From Candidatus Hydrogenedentota bacterium (GTDB lineage Bacteria > Hydrogenedentota > Hydrogenedentia > Hydrogenedentales > SLHB01), in assembly GCA_045863335.1 (NCBI GenBank), contig BTVY01000004.1, positions 96,001 through 160,000 on the forward strand: a stretch of DNA of 64,000 nt, in the 5' to 3' direction. Shown here one piece after another: positions 7,052 through 16,702 of the stretch. Position 1 is the first letter of the stretch, and the number at the start of each line of letters is the position of its first letter. A program made the position numbers and the translations under genes. The notes below the pieces were generated by a model. That model had not been told where the DNA came from. It searched no databases and worked only from the letters and a program-made list of their open reading frames with translations.

Positions 7052-9937
7052 CTATTCGAGCGACACGACGAGCGCCGGGTCGCCTATCAGTGCCACGCCA
7101 TGAAAGGCGCGGTCCGGTAATCGGCGCTTTGCGTCGAGGAACTGATCGCCCAACCGCGAGCCCGGCGTCGCGATCAGGCCTTCAAGCACGGCGCGATTAA
7201 ACTGATGCCCCGCCGCCACGTCGACTTTACCCACGTGCCCGATCAGCGCGACGGCGCCCTTGTTTTCCGCCTGCACGAAATAGATGCCCACGCCGGAATC
7301 GGCCCGAGACATGCCGTGGATCGGCGCGTCGAACAGCGAGGAGAAACACGTCGCCGCAAATACTATGGGGTACTTTCCGGAATTGGACAAGAGATCGATC
7401 TCGCGGTCCGTCATCATGTCGGTGCGCTGGTCGTTCATGTTCTCGCCGGTTCGCCAAACGTAATAGGCGCCATGACCGGTGAACGTGACGACGCCGCAAC
7501 CGCCGGAAATTTTCTCAATAATCGTGTTGCGCAACTGGATGTCGCCTTCCTGGTCGCCCGTACCCGTCAGATTGTCTACGGACCAATCCGGAAGGATGTT
7601 GTTCGCGGTGTCGTTCGAGAAACGATTGAAGTCCTTCGAGCTGATCAACACGGCACGTTGTCGCCAGGCTGCGTCTTCGCCGGCTTGCTGTTCGTATTCA
7701 AGGGTCTTGGCTACGTAGGCCTTGACGGTTTCGATGGAAGAAGCGGGCAGTCTTCCCACCGCAGCCAGGGGAACATCGCTTCCCCGTGGTCCAAAGGCGA
7801 AGTAGTCGTCGTGAGCGATAGTTGGCGAGTAGTTTGGGAGGATGTCGGCGTCGTTTGTGTGATGCGTTGGAACGTAGTTGCGCGACCCTGGGCGAATCCC
7901 CATGTAATCGTAGGTTGCGTCGCCCACCAACCAAATATACGTGAGCGACCGGTCCGTGCCGTCCTGCTTTTGTATCAGGCCGTCGACGAACAGGCGAATG
8001 GCTTCCGGGTCAAAAAGGCTGTCCGCGTACTCATCGTACAGGTCTTCCACGTCGACGACGAGTGTGCGGAGACCTTGTTCGGTTCGCCATTTTACGAGCG
8101 GGCGAAGCGCCTCGACAAAACTCGCATGGGTCACGATGAGGTAATCCGGAACGTCGTCTAGCTGGCGTAGTTCGCTCGCGTACCCAACCGCGAGACGTGC
8201 CGGCCGGGCGAAACCTTTCGGTCCGACGGCGCGGTACCGCCCGCCCGCAGAATCGAGCGGGATTTCCACGGCATGCCGGTTTCGTCTGGAAAAGGACGCC
8301 GGCGTTTGAACCAACTCGGATCCCTCGGAATAGACGCGCACCTTGGAATCACCGAATCCTGCTTCCGTCTGCGCGTATCGCGGGGCAGTCGCAGGCGCCG
8401 CCGTGAATTCAATAAAGTCGTCACGGGGTAGAAGCGCCGCGTCGTAAGTGAGTTCGATCCAATCGAGCGAGATGAGATCGAGTTGGATGTCATCGTTTGT
8501 GGGTTGAACGGTGAGTTCGTTTGCGCGATCGCTGAAAACGGACCTGCCGGGCACCGTTGCTTCGGCCACGAAGAGCCGGGGCCCGTCCCACTGAGCGGTA
8601 CCCAGCGGCGCGCCGTTCAGCGATAGCTCCCAAAAATGGTCAGGACTTACCGGAAGGTCGCTCCACCCCCAGAAGTGCGCGGTCACACCGACCTGGGCGA
8701 GTTCGCCGGCATAATCGTCGATGGGCGGAAACTCGACCGTCGTCGGTTCCCACGGCGGCGCTTTGAACGACGCCCACATGACCCGGTCGGTCGGGGGTCC
8801 GTCGTACTTCTGGTAGTACTGGAGTGAGTTGTTTTCTTCAATGCGCCGAGTCCGCGGAAGCGAGCGAATCACTGCTGCGCCAGCCTGCCGCGGCGTCAGA
8901 GGCGCAGGCCGGTACCGCAACGGCGAGTCCGGAGAGTCGAAGGAGAGCACGTACGTGTTTTCCGGAGTCACGACGTTTCTGTCCCCGTTGCGCGAGACGG
9001 GAAGTTCGCCCCAGAAGGTGACAATGGTTTCGTTCAAAAAACTGCCATCCTCGGCGGCATTCTCTATGCTGATGGGGATGATCTCTCCACGGTTGTACAG
9101 GTTTACGCGGTTCGCGTTGATGCCGGCGAGCGTCAGTTCCGCTTCCTCCGGAGATTTCTCCCGGAATGATATGCGACGAGTTTCTGTCCGTAGCGGCACG
9201 ATTGCGATGTCGTCCAAATACCACGTCATCGGACCACCTTCGTCGTGGTGAATCCACAGGCGGTATTCCCGATCGCCTTCATCGAGGGTGGTCAGAATGC
9301 CGTTGAACTCTGTCCACTCGCCGGGTGAATTCTGAAAGTACTCTCCGGTGTTGTCGGCATTCTTGGCCCAGATCTGGGTGCTGTGCAGTGAGGTCAAGAA
9401 GCGCCGATCGCTCTGCAGCGCTAATGCGAATCGGTCGCCCTGTTGTTCGCCGTACACTTTACACGTGAACCGAAAGCGGCTGTTGCCGGGGAGGACAAAT
9501 CGCGTAGAGGGCTGGTGGATTCCCGAGTCCTTCGTGCGATTCGAATTTGGCCCGGATATCTTGAGGCAGTACTCTCCGGCTGCCGCTGAACCGGTCTCTT
9601 CTACCGATCGGACGACCGTGACTTCCGTATCCCACGTTCCCTCGATACCGCCGGTGTCGTTGGACTCCCCGTCTTGGCCGTCAGCGGCGCCGCCCAATTG
9701 CAGGATCTCCTCGCCCTCCACTTCCTCTGTAACTTCGGTGAGGTTGGCAGTTTCCAGGGACCGTTGGATGGCTTCGCCGTGAACCTGAACCATGCGACCT
9801 TCAGTCACGAAGATTTTAATGGAATCTGGCGTATACGCGGGGAAGGAGGAGGAGGGTTGTTCCGTCCACCCGATACCGGCGTGAGCGGCTATCAACCATG
9901 CAATGACGAACCCGATTCTGGGGGAGATTAGACGCAC
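7052..9937 (-). CDS. Secreted peptidase family C25 (gingipain-like) protein with N-terminal carbohydrate-binding-like domain
   Basis: DYLIVTH, VDVEDLYDEY, LVGDATYD, VGRLPA, catalytic FTGHG and ATCFS motifs, terminal LIGDPAL; signal peptide. Confidence 0.8.
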   Translation of the reverse strand: MRLISPRIGFVIAWLIAAHAGIGWTEQPSSSFPAYTPDSIKIFVTEGRMVQVHGEAIQRSLETANLTEVTEEVEGEEILQLGGAADGQDGESNDTGGIEGTWDTEVTVVRSVEETGSAAAGEYCLKISGPNSNRTKDSGIHQPSTRFVLPGNSRFRFTCKVYGEQQGDRFALALQSDRRFLTSLHSTQIWAKNADNTGEYFQNSPGEWTEFNGILTTLDEGDREYRLWIHHDEGGPMTWYLDDIAIVPLRTETRRISFREKSPEEAELTLAGINANRVNLYNRGEIIPISIENAAEDGSFLNETIVTFWGELPVSRNGDRNVVTPENTYVLSFDSPDSPLRYRPAPLTPRQAGAAVIRSLPRTRRIEENNSLQYYQKYDGPPTDRVMWASFKAPPWEPTTVEFPPIDDYAGELAQVGVTAHFWGWSDLPVSPDHFWELSLNGAPLGTAQWDGPRLFVAEATVPGRSVFSDRANELTVQPTNDDIQLDLISLDWIELTYDAALLPRDDFIEFTAAPATAPRYAQTEAGFGDSKVRVYSEGSELVQTPASFSRRNRHAVEIPLDSAGGRYRAVGPKGFARPARLAVGYASELRQLDDVPDYLIVTHASFVEALRPLVKWRTEQGLRTLVVDVEDLYDEYADSLFDPEAIRLFVDGLIQKQDGTDRSLTYIWLVGDATYDYMGIRPGSRNYVPTHHTNDADILPNYSPTIAHDDYFAFGPRGSDVPLAAVGRLPASSIETVKAYVAKTLEYEQQAGEDAAWRQRAVLISSKDFNRFSNDTANNILPDWSVDNLTGTGDQEGDIQLRNTIIEKISGGCGVVTFTGHGAYYVWRTGENMNDQRTDMMTDREIDLLSNSGKYPIVFAATCFSSLFDAPIHGMSRADSGVGIYFVQAENKGAVALIGHVGKVDVAAGHQFNRAVLEGLIATPGSRLGDQFLDAKRRLPDRAFHGVALIGDPALVVSLE

Positions 9938-9955
9938 GTTTCGATCGTGACCCCG

Positions 9956-11203
9956 TTACTTGCTGTCGTCCGTTCTGGCCGATGCCGCCTGGTATTCGCA
10001 AAGGGCGTAATAGATCCACGCCAACCCCCACCGGGGGCAATAGAGCCGCGACGTGAACCATGGATACTTCCGGTAATACGGCACGCCCGTGACGGGATGG
10101 CTCAAATGCTTCCGGGTCCATTGCATCGTGCGTTCCGCGATCGGTAACGCATCATCCGACATCTCCGCCAGGACCGACGGGCACAAGACGCCTTCCGCGC
10201 ATGCGTGGATGTCGATGGGGTAACGCCCGTGCATCGTGATGGGCGCGCCATCCCCATCGAACAACCGCGTCCGATAGAACGCGAACCCTAAGGAAATCTG
10301 CTTCCAGATTCGCGCGTCCTTCACTACGGAATTTATCTCATGCAGCGAACGGAGAACAAACCCGGTATGGTGATGATCCACAAGGGAAAGCAGCTTTGCT
10401 TCGTAGGGATCTTCCGGCGCGTGGACGCCATAGGGCCATGCGCCATCGTCTCGCTGGCCGCGCAACGTGAACTCGATTGCGGGCATGGCGAGGTCCAGCA
10501 ACTCGCGTTCACCGGTAATGGCATAGGTGCGCACGAGGTGGGCCGCCGCGTGGAGACTGGCGTTGTGCACCCGCCGGCGGTCCCCCGGTGTATAGGCGAA
10601 ACAGTAGGTTCCGTCCGGCCATTCCAGCCGGGGGATATCCATTTCTATGAACTTCGCGATGGATCGCACGGTGGTCGCATACGTTTCGTCCCCGGTAATT
10701 CGCCACGCGAGGGAGAAAGCTTCGCCGGCGATGGCGCTTACGACTACGACGGGCGTATTACGCGGCGTGCTCAGGCCTTTTCCGGAGACATCGAATGGAT
10801 AGCCCCAGCAGATCCCGGCAAACCCTTCGCTGGGATGATCGAGCAGCCATTGCAGGTGGCTGCGGGCGCGATCGAGATGCACGTCACGCTTAGTCGTCTC
10901 GTAGCGGCGGAGGTGACCCAACGCGACCAGGGCGAAGGCTTTGGCATTCTCTTGCGGCGGGATCCCGAGCATGCGGCGTGAAAGCGTGGGAAAGAGATCG
11001 GTCAGCCCTGTCGTGACTTTACGTGCGAGCGGGTAGGGTTGTGCGGCGCGAACCAGGGGGTGGGCGCGCACATCGAAGCGGTCGAAGCCGCGAAGCCCGC
11101 GCTGTCCAATCCATCGTTCAAGGAGATCGATCCAGGATTCCGCGAAGGCGCTTCCGTTCAACGCGCGGTTCTGGTTCGCGATGCCGTGTCGTGGCAGGCT
11201 CAT
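9956..11203 (-). CDS. Hypothetical alpha/alpha-toroid protein (glycan-modifying-like)
   Basis: CWGYPF, VHNA, GAWPY, DHHHTGF, PIDIH motifs seen in a family often found near polysaccharide loci; ATGA overlap with upstream gene. Confidence 0.6.
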   Translation of the reverse strand: MSLPRHGIANQNRALNGSAFAESWIDLLERWIGQRGLRGFDRFDVRAHPLVRAAQPYPLARKVTTGLTDLFPTLSRRMLGIPPQENAKAFALVALGHLRRYETTKRDVHLDRARSHLQWLLDHPSEGFAGICWGYPFDVSGKGLSTPRNTPVVVVSAIAGEAFSLAWRITGDETYATTVRSIAKFIEMDIPRLEWPDGTYCFAYTPGDRRRVHNASLHAAAHLVRTYAITGERELLDLAMPAIEFTLRGQRDDGAWPYGVHAPEDPYEAKLLSLVDHHHTGFVLRSLHEINSVVKDARIWKQISLGFAFYRTRLFDGDGAPITMHGRYPIDIHACAEGVLCPSVLAEMSDDALPIAERTMQWTRKHLSHPVTGVPYYRKYPWFTSRLYCPRWGLAWIYYALCEYQAASARTDDSK

Positions 11204-11967
11204 TGCGCCGGTTGTGGCGCACCGACCACTTCGGTCAATCGCCACGAGTCCCAAATGCAGTGCGACGGAAAGCTGACGTCCGGGGACCGTAGCTTGGGCG
11301 CCAGCAAAACGCAGAACACCTCCTCGGCGCCGGTTTTGAATTCGGCAAAAAACTCTTCGAAGCCTTCGGTTTGGCCGATCGCGATACCGGCCAGAGCGGG
11401 GGGCACTTCCGTGGAATTCTCCGCTTCGGCGGCGCTGCGCGTGTTGTACTGAAACGCGCGGAGGAAGATTTCTTTCGGCGAGGGATTATTGACCGTCAAC
11501 GTTAGTCGATACGTCGTGTTGGGCCGGAGATCGGTTAACCAGCATCGAAAGACCTTGGTGTAGGCTTCAATGCTATCGTTGGCGGACCAAGTCTGTTTCA
11601 CGCCCTTGCTTTCGGGGGTCTTTCCGTCGGCAGGTTCAATCGCAGAGAAACCCCGGCCCGGATCGGGCGGCAGGAAGAAATCCGGTGCGGCGGCGCCCGG
11701 CTGCCACGCGGTGAAGTCCCCGTTCTCGATGAGGTTTTTCGCCGGCGGCGGCGGAAGGGGTGCTACAGAAACCGTGTAGAGAACTCCGGGCTCAATAGCG
11801 TCCGCATCTCCTGACGGCATCACGCCCGAATCTCCGCAACCCGCGACTCCGGTCAGAACCGCTGCGGTTGCGCCAAGATAGCACGTGACCCCCATTACAA
11901 GCGCATTGAGTCGCGAACGAGGTCTGGAAAGGTGTTTTGTGTGAGGATCGCTGTGGTGTGAATTCAC
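11200..11967 (-). CDS. Hypothetical lipoprotein with carbohydrate-binding-like domain (start uncertain)
   Basis: Lipobox-like LTGVAGC; NLIENGDF and LRPNTTYRL motifs resembling CBM4/9 folds. Confidence 0.55.
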   Translation of the reverse strand: MNSHHSDPHTKHLSRPRSRLNALVMGVTCYLGATAAVLTGVAGCGDSGVMPSGDADAIEPGVLYTVSVAPLPPPPAKNLIENGDFTAWQPGAAAPDFFLPPDPGRGFSAIEPADGKTPESKGVKQTWSANDSIEAYTKVFRCWLTDLRPNTTYRLTLTVNNPSPKEIFLRAFQYNTRSAAEAENSTEVPPALAGIAIGQTEGFEEFFAEFKTGAEEVFCVLLAPKLRSPDVSFPSHCIWDSWRLTEVVGAPQPAQ

Positions 11968-12260
11968 GAAAAGGGCACCCGTATCAGGAGTTACATAGAA
12001 AACACGGTTTAACTGCATCGGAAACTGCCGGACTTGCCCACTATCGAGGACGGGTCGGGAGTAGCCTGATATCCCCGGGAATATACGTTTGGAATGCTCG
12101 GCAAGTCAATTGCCTCACCAAGGCTATCTGGCAGGCCGTATCGACCTTGACCAAGTACCTCGGTTGTCGGGCGGCAGCCATTTGCGAAGTCTCGCCACCG
12201 TTCGCTATACTTGTGGGTCGTTGCGGTTCGCTAAGTTTCCAATTTACAGCAGGATATCTC

Positions 12261-13139
12261 ATGTCACGCAGTATGACCGGGTTTGGAAAAGCCGTTGGAG
12301 AGTTTGACGGGCAGTCTGTAACCGTCGAACTGAGTTCCGTCAACGGCCGGTACCTGGACTGTAACGTACGCATCCCGCCGGCCTGGTCGGCGTTGGAACC
12401 CGCGTTGAAGCAGACGGTTCGAAATCACCTCTCCCGTGGCAAATTGAACGTGACCGTCATTCGACGCCGCACCCAGACCTCGAACCGGTCCGTCATGTTC
12501 GATCAGAAGCTGGCGCAACAGTACCTGGATGCATCCAAGGAATTGGGCACCATGCTGGGCAGTTACGAGACGCTGTCGCTGAACGTGTTGGCGCAACTTG
12601 AGGGCGTGATGTATCAGGAAGACTCCGATGAGGATATCGAGGCGCTGGAGCCGGTCCTGTGCGGAATACTGGAAGGCGCGCTCGCAAAGCTGAACGGGAT
12701 GCGTGAGACCGAGGGCAAGGCCCTTGAAGAGGATATCCGTGGCCGGCTGGCGGTTATGAGGCAGACGCTCGCGTCCATTGAAGCGCGGCTGCCCGAATTG
12801 AACGCGGCCTACGAAACGCGCCTGCGGACGCGCATCCATGAGTTGAATGCCGAGGCCGGACTGACGGAGGAGCGCATCGCGATCGAGGTGGCGCTCATGG
12901 CCGAGAAGTCGGACGTGACCGAAGAGGTTGTCCGGTTCAAAACCCATCTCGACCACATGGAAGAGATCCTCTCGTCCAAGGAATCTATCGGGCGTCGCCT
13001 GGACTTCCTGACCCAGGAAATCCAGCGCGAGGCGAACACGCTGGGCGTCAAGACGCGAGATGCGAATGTCGCCAAAGAAGTCCTGGATCTGAAAGCTGAG
13101 ATCGAGAAGATCCGCGAACAGATTCAAAATATCGAGTGA
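12261..13139 (+). CDS. yicC: YicC/YloC family endoribonuclease
   Basis: MSRSMTGFG N-terminus, SVNGRYLD, GRRLDFLTQEIQREANT, EKIREQIQNIE C-terminus; synteny with gmk. Confidence 0.93.
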   Translation: MSRSMTGFGKAVGEFDGQSVTVELSSVNGRYLDCNVRIPPAWSALEPALKQTVRNHLSRGKLNVTVIRRRTQTSNRSVMFDQKLAQQYLDASKELGTMLGSYETLSLNVLAQLEGVMYQEDSDEDIEALEPVLCGILEGALAKLNGMRETEGKALEEDIRGRLAVMRQTLASIEARLPELNAAYETRLRTRIHELNAEAGLTEERIAIEVALMAEKSDVTEEVVRFKTHLDHMEEILSSKESIGRRLDFLTQEIQREANTLGVKTRDANVAKEVLDLKAEIEKIREQIQNIE

Positions 13140-13759
13140 ATCCGGCGGTGACCTTATCCGAACAGACAAGCGCGGATATTGCGCGAAAAGGCACCATTTT
13201 CGTTTTGTCCGCCCCGTCCGGCGCAGGCAAGCGGACCGTTCTGAAGCGAGTCTTCGACGACGATGCGCAGTTGGGCTATTCCATCTCGGCGACCACACGA
13301 CCCCGTCGGGAAGGAGAAATCGAGGGACAGGATTATTACTTCCTGGATCGCGACGAATTTCAGCGCCGCATCGAGGCCGGTGATTTTGTGGAATGGGCCG
13401 AGGTTCATGGGAACCTCTACGGCACCCTTGTGGAAGAACTCGAGCGGTTGACCGGATCGGGGATGGACACCGTCCTGGAACTCGACGTACAGGGCATGCG
13501 CAACTTGAAGACGCGCGGTCTGGAGATCGTGAGTGTCTTTGTCATGGCGCCTTCCCTGGACGAATTGGAACGGCGGCTCCGGGCGCGCGCGACGGACCAT
13601 CCGGAGGTTATCGCGCTCCGATTGGGCAACGCTCTGGACGAGATCGCGGCGCGGCACGAGTACGACTACGTCATTGTGAACGCGCACCTTGACGATGCCG
13701 TGGACGATTTGAAGGCTATCATTCGGGCGGAGCGGTGCCGGGCGCACCGGCAGCCGTAA
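13136..13759 (+). CDS. gmk: Guanylate kinase
   Basis: SAPSGAGK, SATTRPRREGE, EWAEVHGNLYGT, ELDVQG. Confidence 0.96.
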   Translation: MNPAVTLSEQTSADIARKGTIFVLSAPSGAGKRTVLKRVFDDDAQLGYSISATTRPRREGEIEGQDYYFLDRDEFQRRIEAGDFVEWAEVHGNLYGTLVEELERLTGSGMDTVLELDVQGMRNLKTRGLEIVSVFVMAPSLDELERRLRARATDHPEVIALRLGNALDEIAARHEYDYVIVNAHLDDAVDDLKAIIRAERCRAHRQP

Positions 13760-13809
13760 CCGCGTGTTTTGCGATACACAAAGACCACTAACCCCAAGAG
13801 GGAGGAACG

Positions 13810-14031
13810 ATGAGCAGAATTTCCGTAGAGCAGTTTGACGACAAGATTGACAGTCTGTACCGGCTGGTGATCCTGTGTGCGCGCCGCGCATCGCAGATTG
13901 CAAAGCCTGACGCGCGGCCATTGGTCCCCGTGCGTTCGAAAAAATCGACCATCACCGCGCTGGAAGAAGTCCTGCAGGGCAAAGTCAAAGCCAGAATCGG
14001 CGGAGTGGATGAAGAGGAATTTCTCGAATAA
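13810..14031 (+). CDS. rpoZ: RNA polymerase omega subunit
   Basis: SLYRLVILCARRASQI...ALEEV; between gmk and coaBC; GGAGG SD. Confidence 0.9.
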   Translation: MSRISVEQFDDKIDSLYRLVILCARRASQIAKPDARPLVPVRSKKSTITALEEVLQGKVKARIGGVDEEEFLE

Positions 14032-15220
14032 GGAAATCGTCCTCGGCGTCACGGGGTCTATCGCGGCATACAAGGCTTGCGAACTGACCTCTCGCCTCGT
14101 GGAACTGGGCGCGAAGGTGACGCCCGTGCTTACCAAGTCCGCGACCGAACTGGTCGGACCGGCCACCTTTGAGGCCATCGCGGGGCGGCGCGCCATCACC
14201 GCCATGTTCGAGCCGCTTCAGAATCCGGAAGTCGAGCATATCGCGGTCGCGCAACGCGCGGATTTGTATCTGATCGCGCCGGCCACGGCCAACTTCATCG
14301 CCAAGGCCGCCTGCGGAATCGCGGATGACTGGCTCACCACCACGCTCCTCGCCACGCGCGCGCCTTTGCTTATTGCGCCGGCGATGAACACCAATATGTA
14401 CCAGCACCCCGCGACGCAGCAAAACATGGCGACCTTGAATACGCGCGGCGCGGTCTTCGTCGGGCCCGATTCGGGACGCCTCGCCTGCCGAACCGTCGGA
14501 CCCGGCCGGCTCATCGATCCCATGACCATCCTCGAGGCCTGTGTGCCATTGTTGCGCAGGGAAAAGGATCTCGCGGGAAGGCGGGTTGTCATCACGAGTG
14601 GCGCTACACACGAACCCATCGATCCGGTTCGATACATCGGCAACCGATCCTCCGGGAAAATGGGGCGCGCCATCGCTCTGGAAGCCATGGCCCGTGGCGC
14701 AGAGGTGACCGTCGTATCCGGGCCGTCGGAAGTCGCAATCCCCCACAATGTGAAGCTCATCTCTATTCAGACTGCAACTGAAATGGCCGAGGCCGTCGCA
14801 TCGCTTATGCATGAATGCGACATCTTTATCGCCGCGGCGGCGGTGGGGGACTACCGGGTGGACGCGCCAGCCGCTTCCAAGCGGAAGAAGTCCGGTAAAG
14901 GCCTGGATCTGCATTTGGTGGAGAATCCCGACGTGCTCGCCCTGGCCGGGTCCGATCGCAAGAACGGTAAGATAATCGTTGGCTTCGCAGCGGAGACCGA
15001 CGACCTCATCAAGAATGCGACCGCCAAGGTTAAAAAGAAGAACCTCGATCTCATCGTCGCCAACCATGTGAATACCCCCGATTCCGGTTTCGGAAGCGAC
15101 ACAACAAGCGCCGCGATTATCGATCGAAAGGGGAAGGTGGAAGAACTGCCGAACATGTCCAAGGGCGACCTTGCCGAGATGCTGATGGATCGTGTCGTGC
15201 AGTTGACGGGCGCGCGCTAG
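14009..15220 (+). CDS. coaBC: Phosphopantothenoylcysteine decarboxylase / phosphopantothenate-cysteine ligase
   Basis: LGVTGSIAAYKA, APAMNTNM, EPIDPVRYIGNRSSGKMG, VGFAAET. Confidence 0.96.
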   Translation: MKRNFSNKEIVLGVTGSIAAYKACELTSRLVELGAKVTPVLTKSATELVGPATFEAIAGRRAITAMFEPLQNPEVEHIAVAQRADLYLIAPATANFIAKAACGIADDWLTTTLLATRAPLLIAPAMNTNMYQHPATQQNMATLNTRGAVFVGPDSGRLACRTVGPGRLIDPMTILEACVPLLRREKDLAGRRVVITSGATHEPIDPVRYIGNRSSGKMGRAIALEAMARGAEVTVVSGPSEVAIPHNVKLISIQTATEMAEAVASLMHECDIFIAAAAVGDYRVDAPAASKRKKSGKGLDLHLVENPDVLALAGSDRKNGKIIVGFAAETDDLIKNATAKVKKKNLDLIVANHVNTPDSGFGSDTTSAAIIDRKGKVEELPNMSKGDLAEMLMDRVVQLTGAR

Positions 15221-15232
15221 TCTCCCTTCTTC

Positions 15233-16141
15233 TCAGGCCCGCGGGTGGAACGAGCGGTGGGCCTTACTCAACCGATCCGAACTCACGTGGGTGTAGATCT
15301 GCGTCGTCGCGATATCCGAATGGCCGAGCATCTCCTGTACCGCGCGCAGGTCGGCACCGTTGTCCAGCAGATGCGTCGCGAAAGAATGGCGGAGCATGTG
15401 CGGCGTTACGTTCTGCTGAATGTTCGCCGCTTGCGCATACCGTTTGACCACCTGCCAGACGCCCGTACGGCTCATTCGCTTGCCGCGAGATCCCAGGAAG
15501 AGCGTGTCGTCGAGCACCTTGCCGCTGTCCCGCACGCTCAGCCACGCGCGCAGCTTCACCATCGCCCGCGTTCCCAGCGGCACGAGGCGCACTTTCGCGC
15601 CTTTGCCTCGGACCCGCACTGCGCCTTCGTCCAACGACACGTCACGGAGCGGTAGCTTTGCCAACTCGGAGATGCGCAATCCGCAGGAGTAGAACAGCTC
15701 CAGGATCGCCGAATCGCGAATGCCTTCCGGCGTACTTCTATCTGGCATATCCAGCATCCGCTCGAGTTCCCGTGACGAGAGTACATGGGGAAGCGCGCGC
15801 GTCAGACGAGGTGCATCAAAGCCTTCAGTTGGATCGCTGTTCGCGATGCGCTCGCTGCGCAAGAACGCATGAAACCGGCGGATGGCGCTCAGGTGACGCG
15901 CCGCAGAGCGCGCCGAAAGCTTCCGCTCTTTCCGCAACGCGATCAGATGGTCCAGCACGTGCTCGCGCGAAACCGAGTCGATATGTGAGACGCCAGATTC
16001 GCCGAGAAAGTTGAGATAGGACGCCAAATCCGCGGCGTACGCCGCCAGCGTAGCGTCGGCCAAGCCGGATTCAAATGTGGCGGCCTCCATGAACTGGTCC
16101 AGCAACCGGGTAAGCGAGGAATTTGGCAACTCATGGCTCAT
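15233..16141 (-). CDS. xerD: Tyrosine recombinase XerD
   Basis: RDSAILELFYSCGLRISEL, GKGAKVRLVP, TPHMLRHSFATHLLDNGADLRAVQEMLGHSDIATTQIYTHV, HPRA end. Confidence 0.92.
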   Translation of the reverse strand: MSHELPNSSLTRLLDQFMEAATFESGLADATLAAYAADLASYLNFLGESGVSHIDSVSREHVLDHLIALRKERKLSARSAARHLSAIRRFHAFLRSERIANSDPTEGFDAPRLTRALPHVLSSRELERMLDMPDRSTPEGIRDSAILELFYSCGLRISELAKLPLRDVSLDEGAVRVRGKGAKVRLVPLGTRAMVKLRAWLSVRDSGKVLDDTLFLGSRGKRMSRTGVWQVVKRYAQAANIQQNVTPHMLRHSFATHLLDNGADLRAVQEMLGHSDIATTQIYTHVSSDRLSKAHRSFHPRA

Positions 16142-16147
16142 GATCAG

Positions 16148-16176
16148 ATTCTAAATGCTTCGTCAAGAAATTACAA
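16148..16176 (-). promoter_or_regulatory. sigma70 promoter giving a probably leaderless xerD mRNA
   Basis: TTGTAA-17 nt-TAGAAT followed 6 nt later by the ATG; no SD. Confidence 0.5.
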
Positions 16177-16185
16177 TGCTACTTA

Positions 16186-16702
16186 ACGCAAAGGCGCAAA
16201 GGAGGTTGGTCTTGATGATAACTCTGCGGAAAGGAACGAAATCGAATGAACGAGAACGAAATCAGTAACGTCGTTGTAGGCTGTGCAATTGAAGTCCACA
16301 AAACGCTTGGGGGTCCTGGACTTCTGGAAAGCGTTTACGAGGAAGCCCTGGCTTGGGAGTTGGCGCAAAGGGGTCTCATGGTGAAGCGCCAACTCGAGCT
16401 ACCGATTCGGTACAAGGGCAACGTGTTGGCGTCTCCCCTACGGCTCGACCTCCTCGTGAACGACAGGGTAATCGTGGAATGCAAAGCGGTCCGCGAGTAT
16501 AACGACATCTTCGAAGTCCAGGCTTTAACGTACTTGCGAATGACAGACTTGAGATTGGGTATGGTCATTAATTTTGGTGACCGCGTCGTCAAACTCGGGA
16601 TTCATCGAGTGGTGAATAACCTCAAGGAAACCTGAGCTCCACCCGTGCTCGTAGCAAATCACGATGCCTCATTGCGCCTTTGCGTCATGGCGTCTTTGCG
16701 TT
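16186..16702. mobile_element. GxxExxY cassette bounded by inverted repeats
   Basis: ACGCAAAGGCGCAA (16186-16199) and its exact reverse complement TTGCGCCTTTGCGT (16672-16685), plus a degenerate copy to 16702; enclosed gene is opposite to both neighbours; mobility is inferred. Confidence 0.45.
16246..16635 (+). CDS. GxxExxY protein (PD-(D/E)XK-like)
   Basis: AIEVHKTLGGPGLLESVYEEAL, RLDLLV, IVECKA, QALTYL, INFG. Confidence 0.92.
   Translation: MNENEISNVVVGCAIEVHKTLGGPGLLESVYEEALAWELAQRGLMVKRQLELPIRYKGNVLASPLRLDLLVNDRVIVECKAVREYNDIFEVQALTYLRMTDLRLGMVINFGDRVVKLGIHRVVNNLKET

Noticed and set aside
15233-16141. Tyrosine recombinase as a prophage or island integrase
   Set aside because: Typical housekeeping XerD sequence; no att site, tRNA or phage genes nearby
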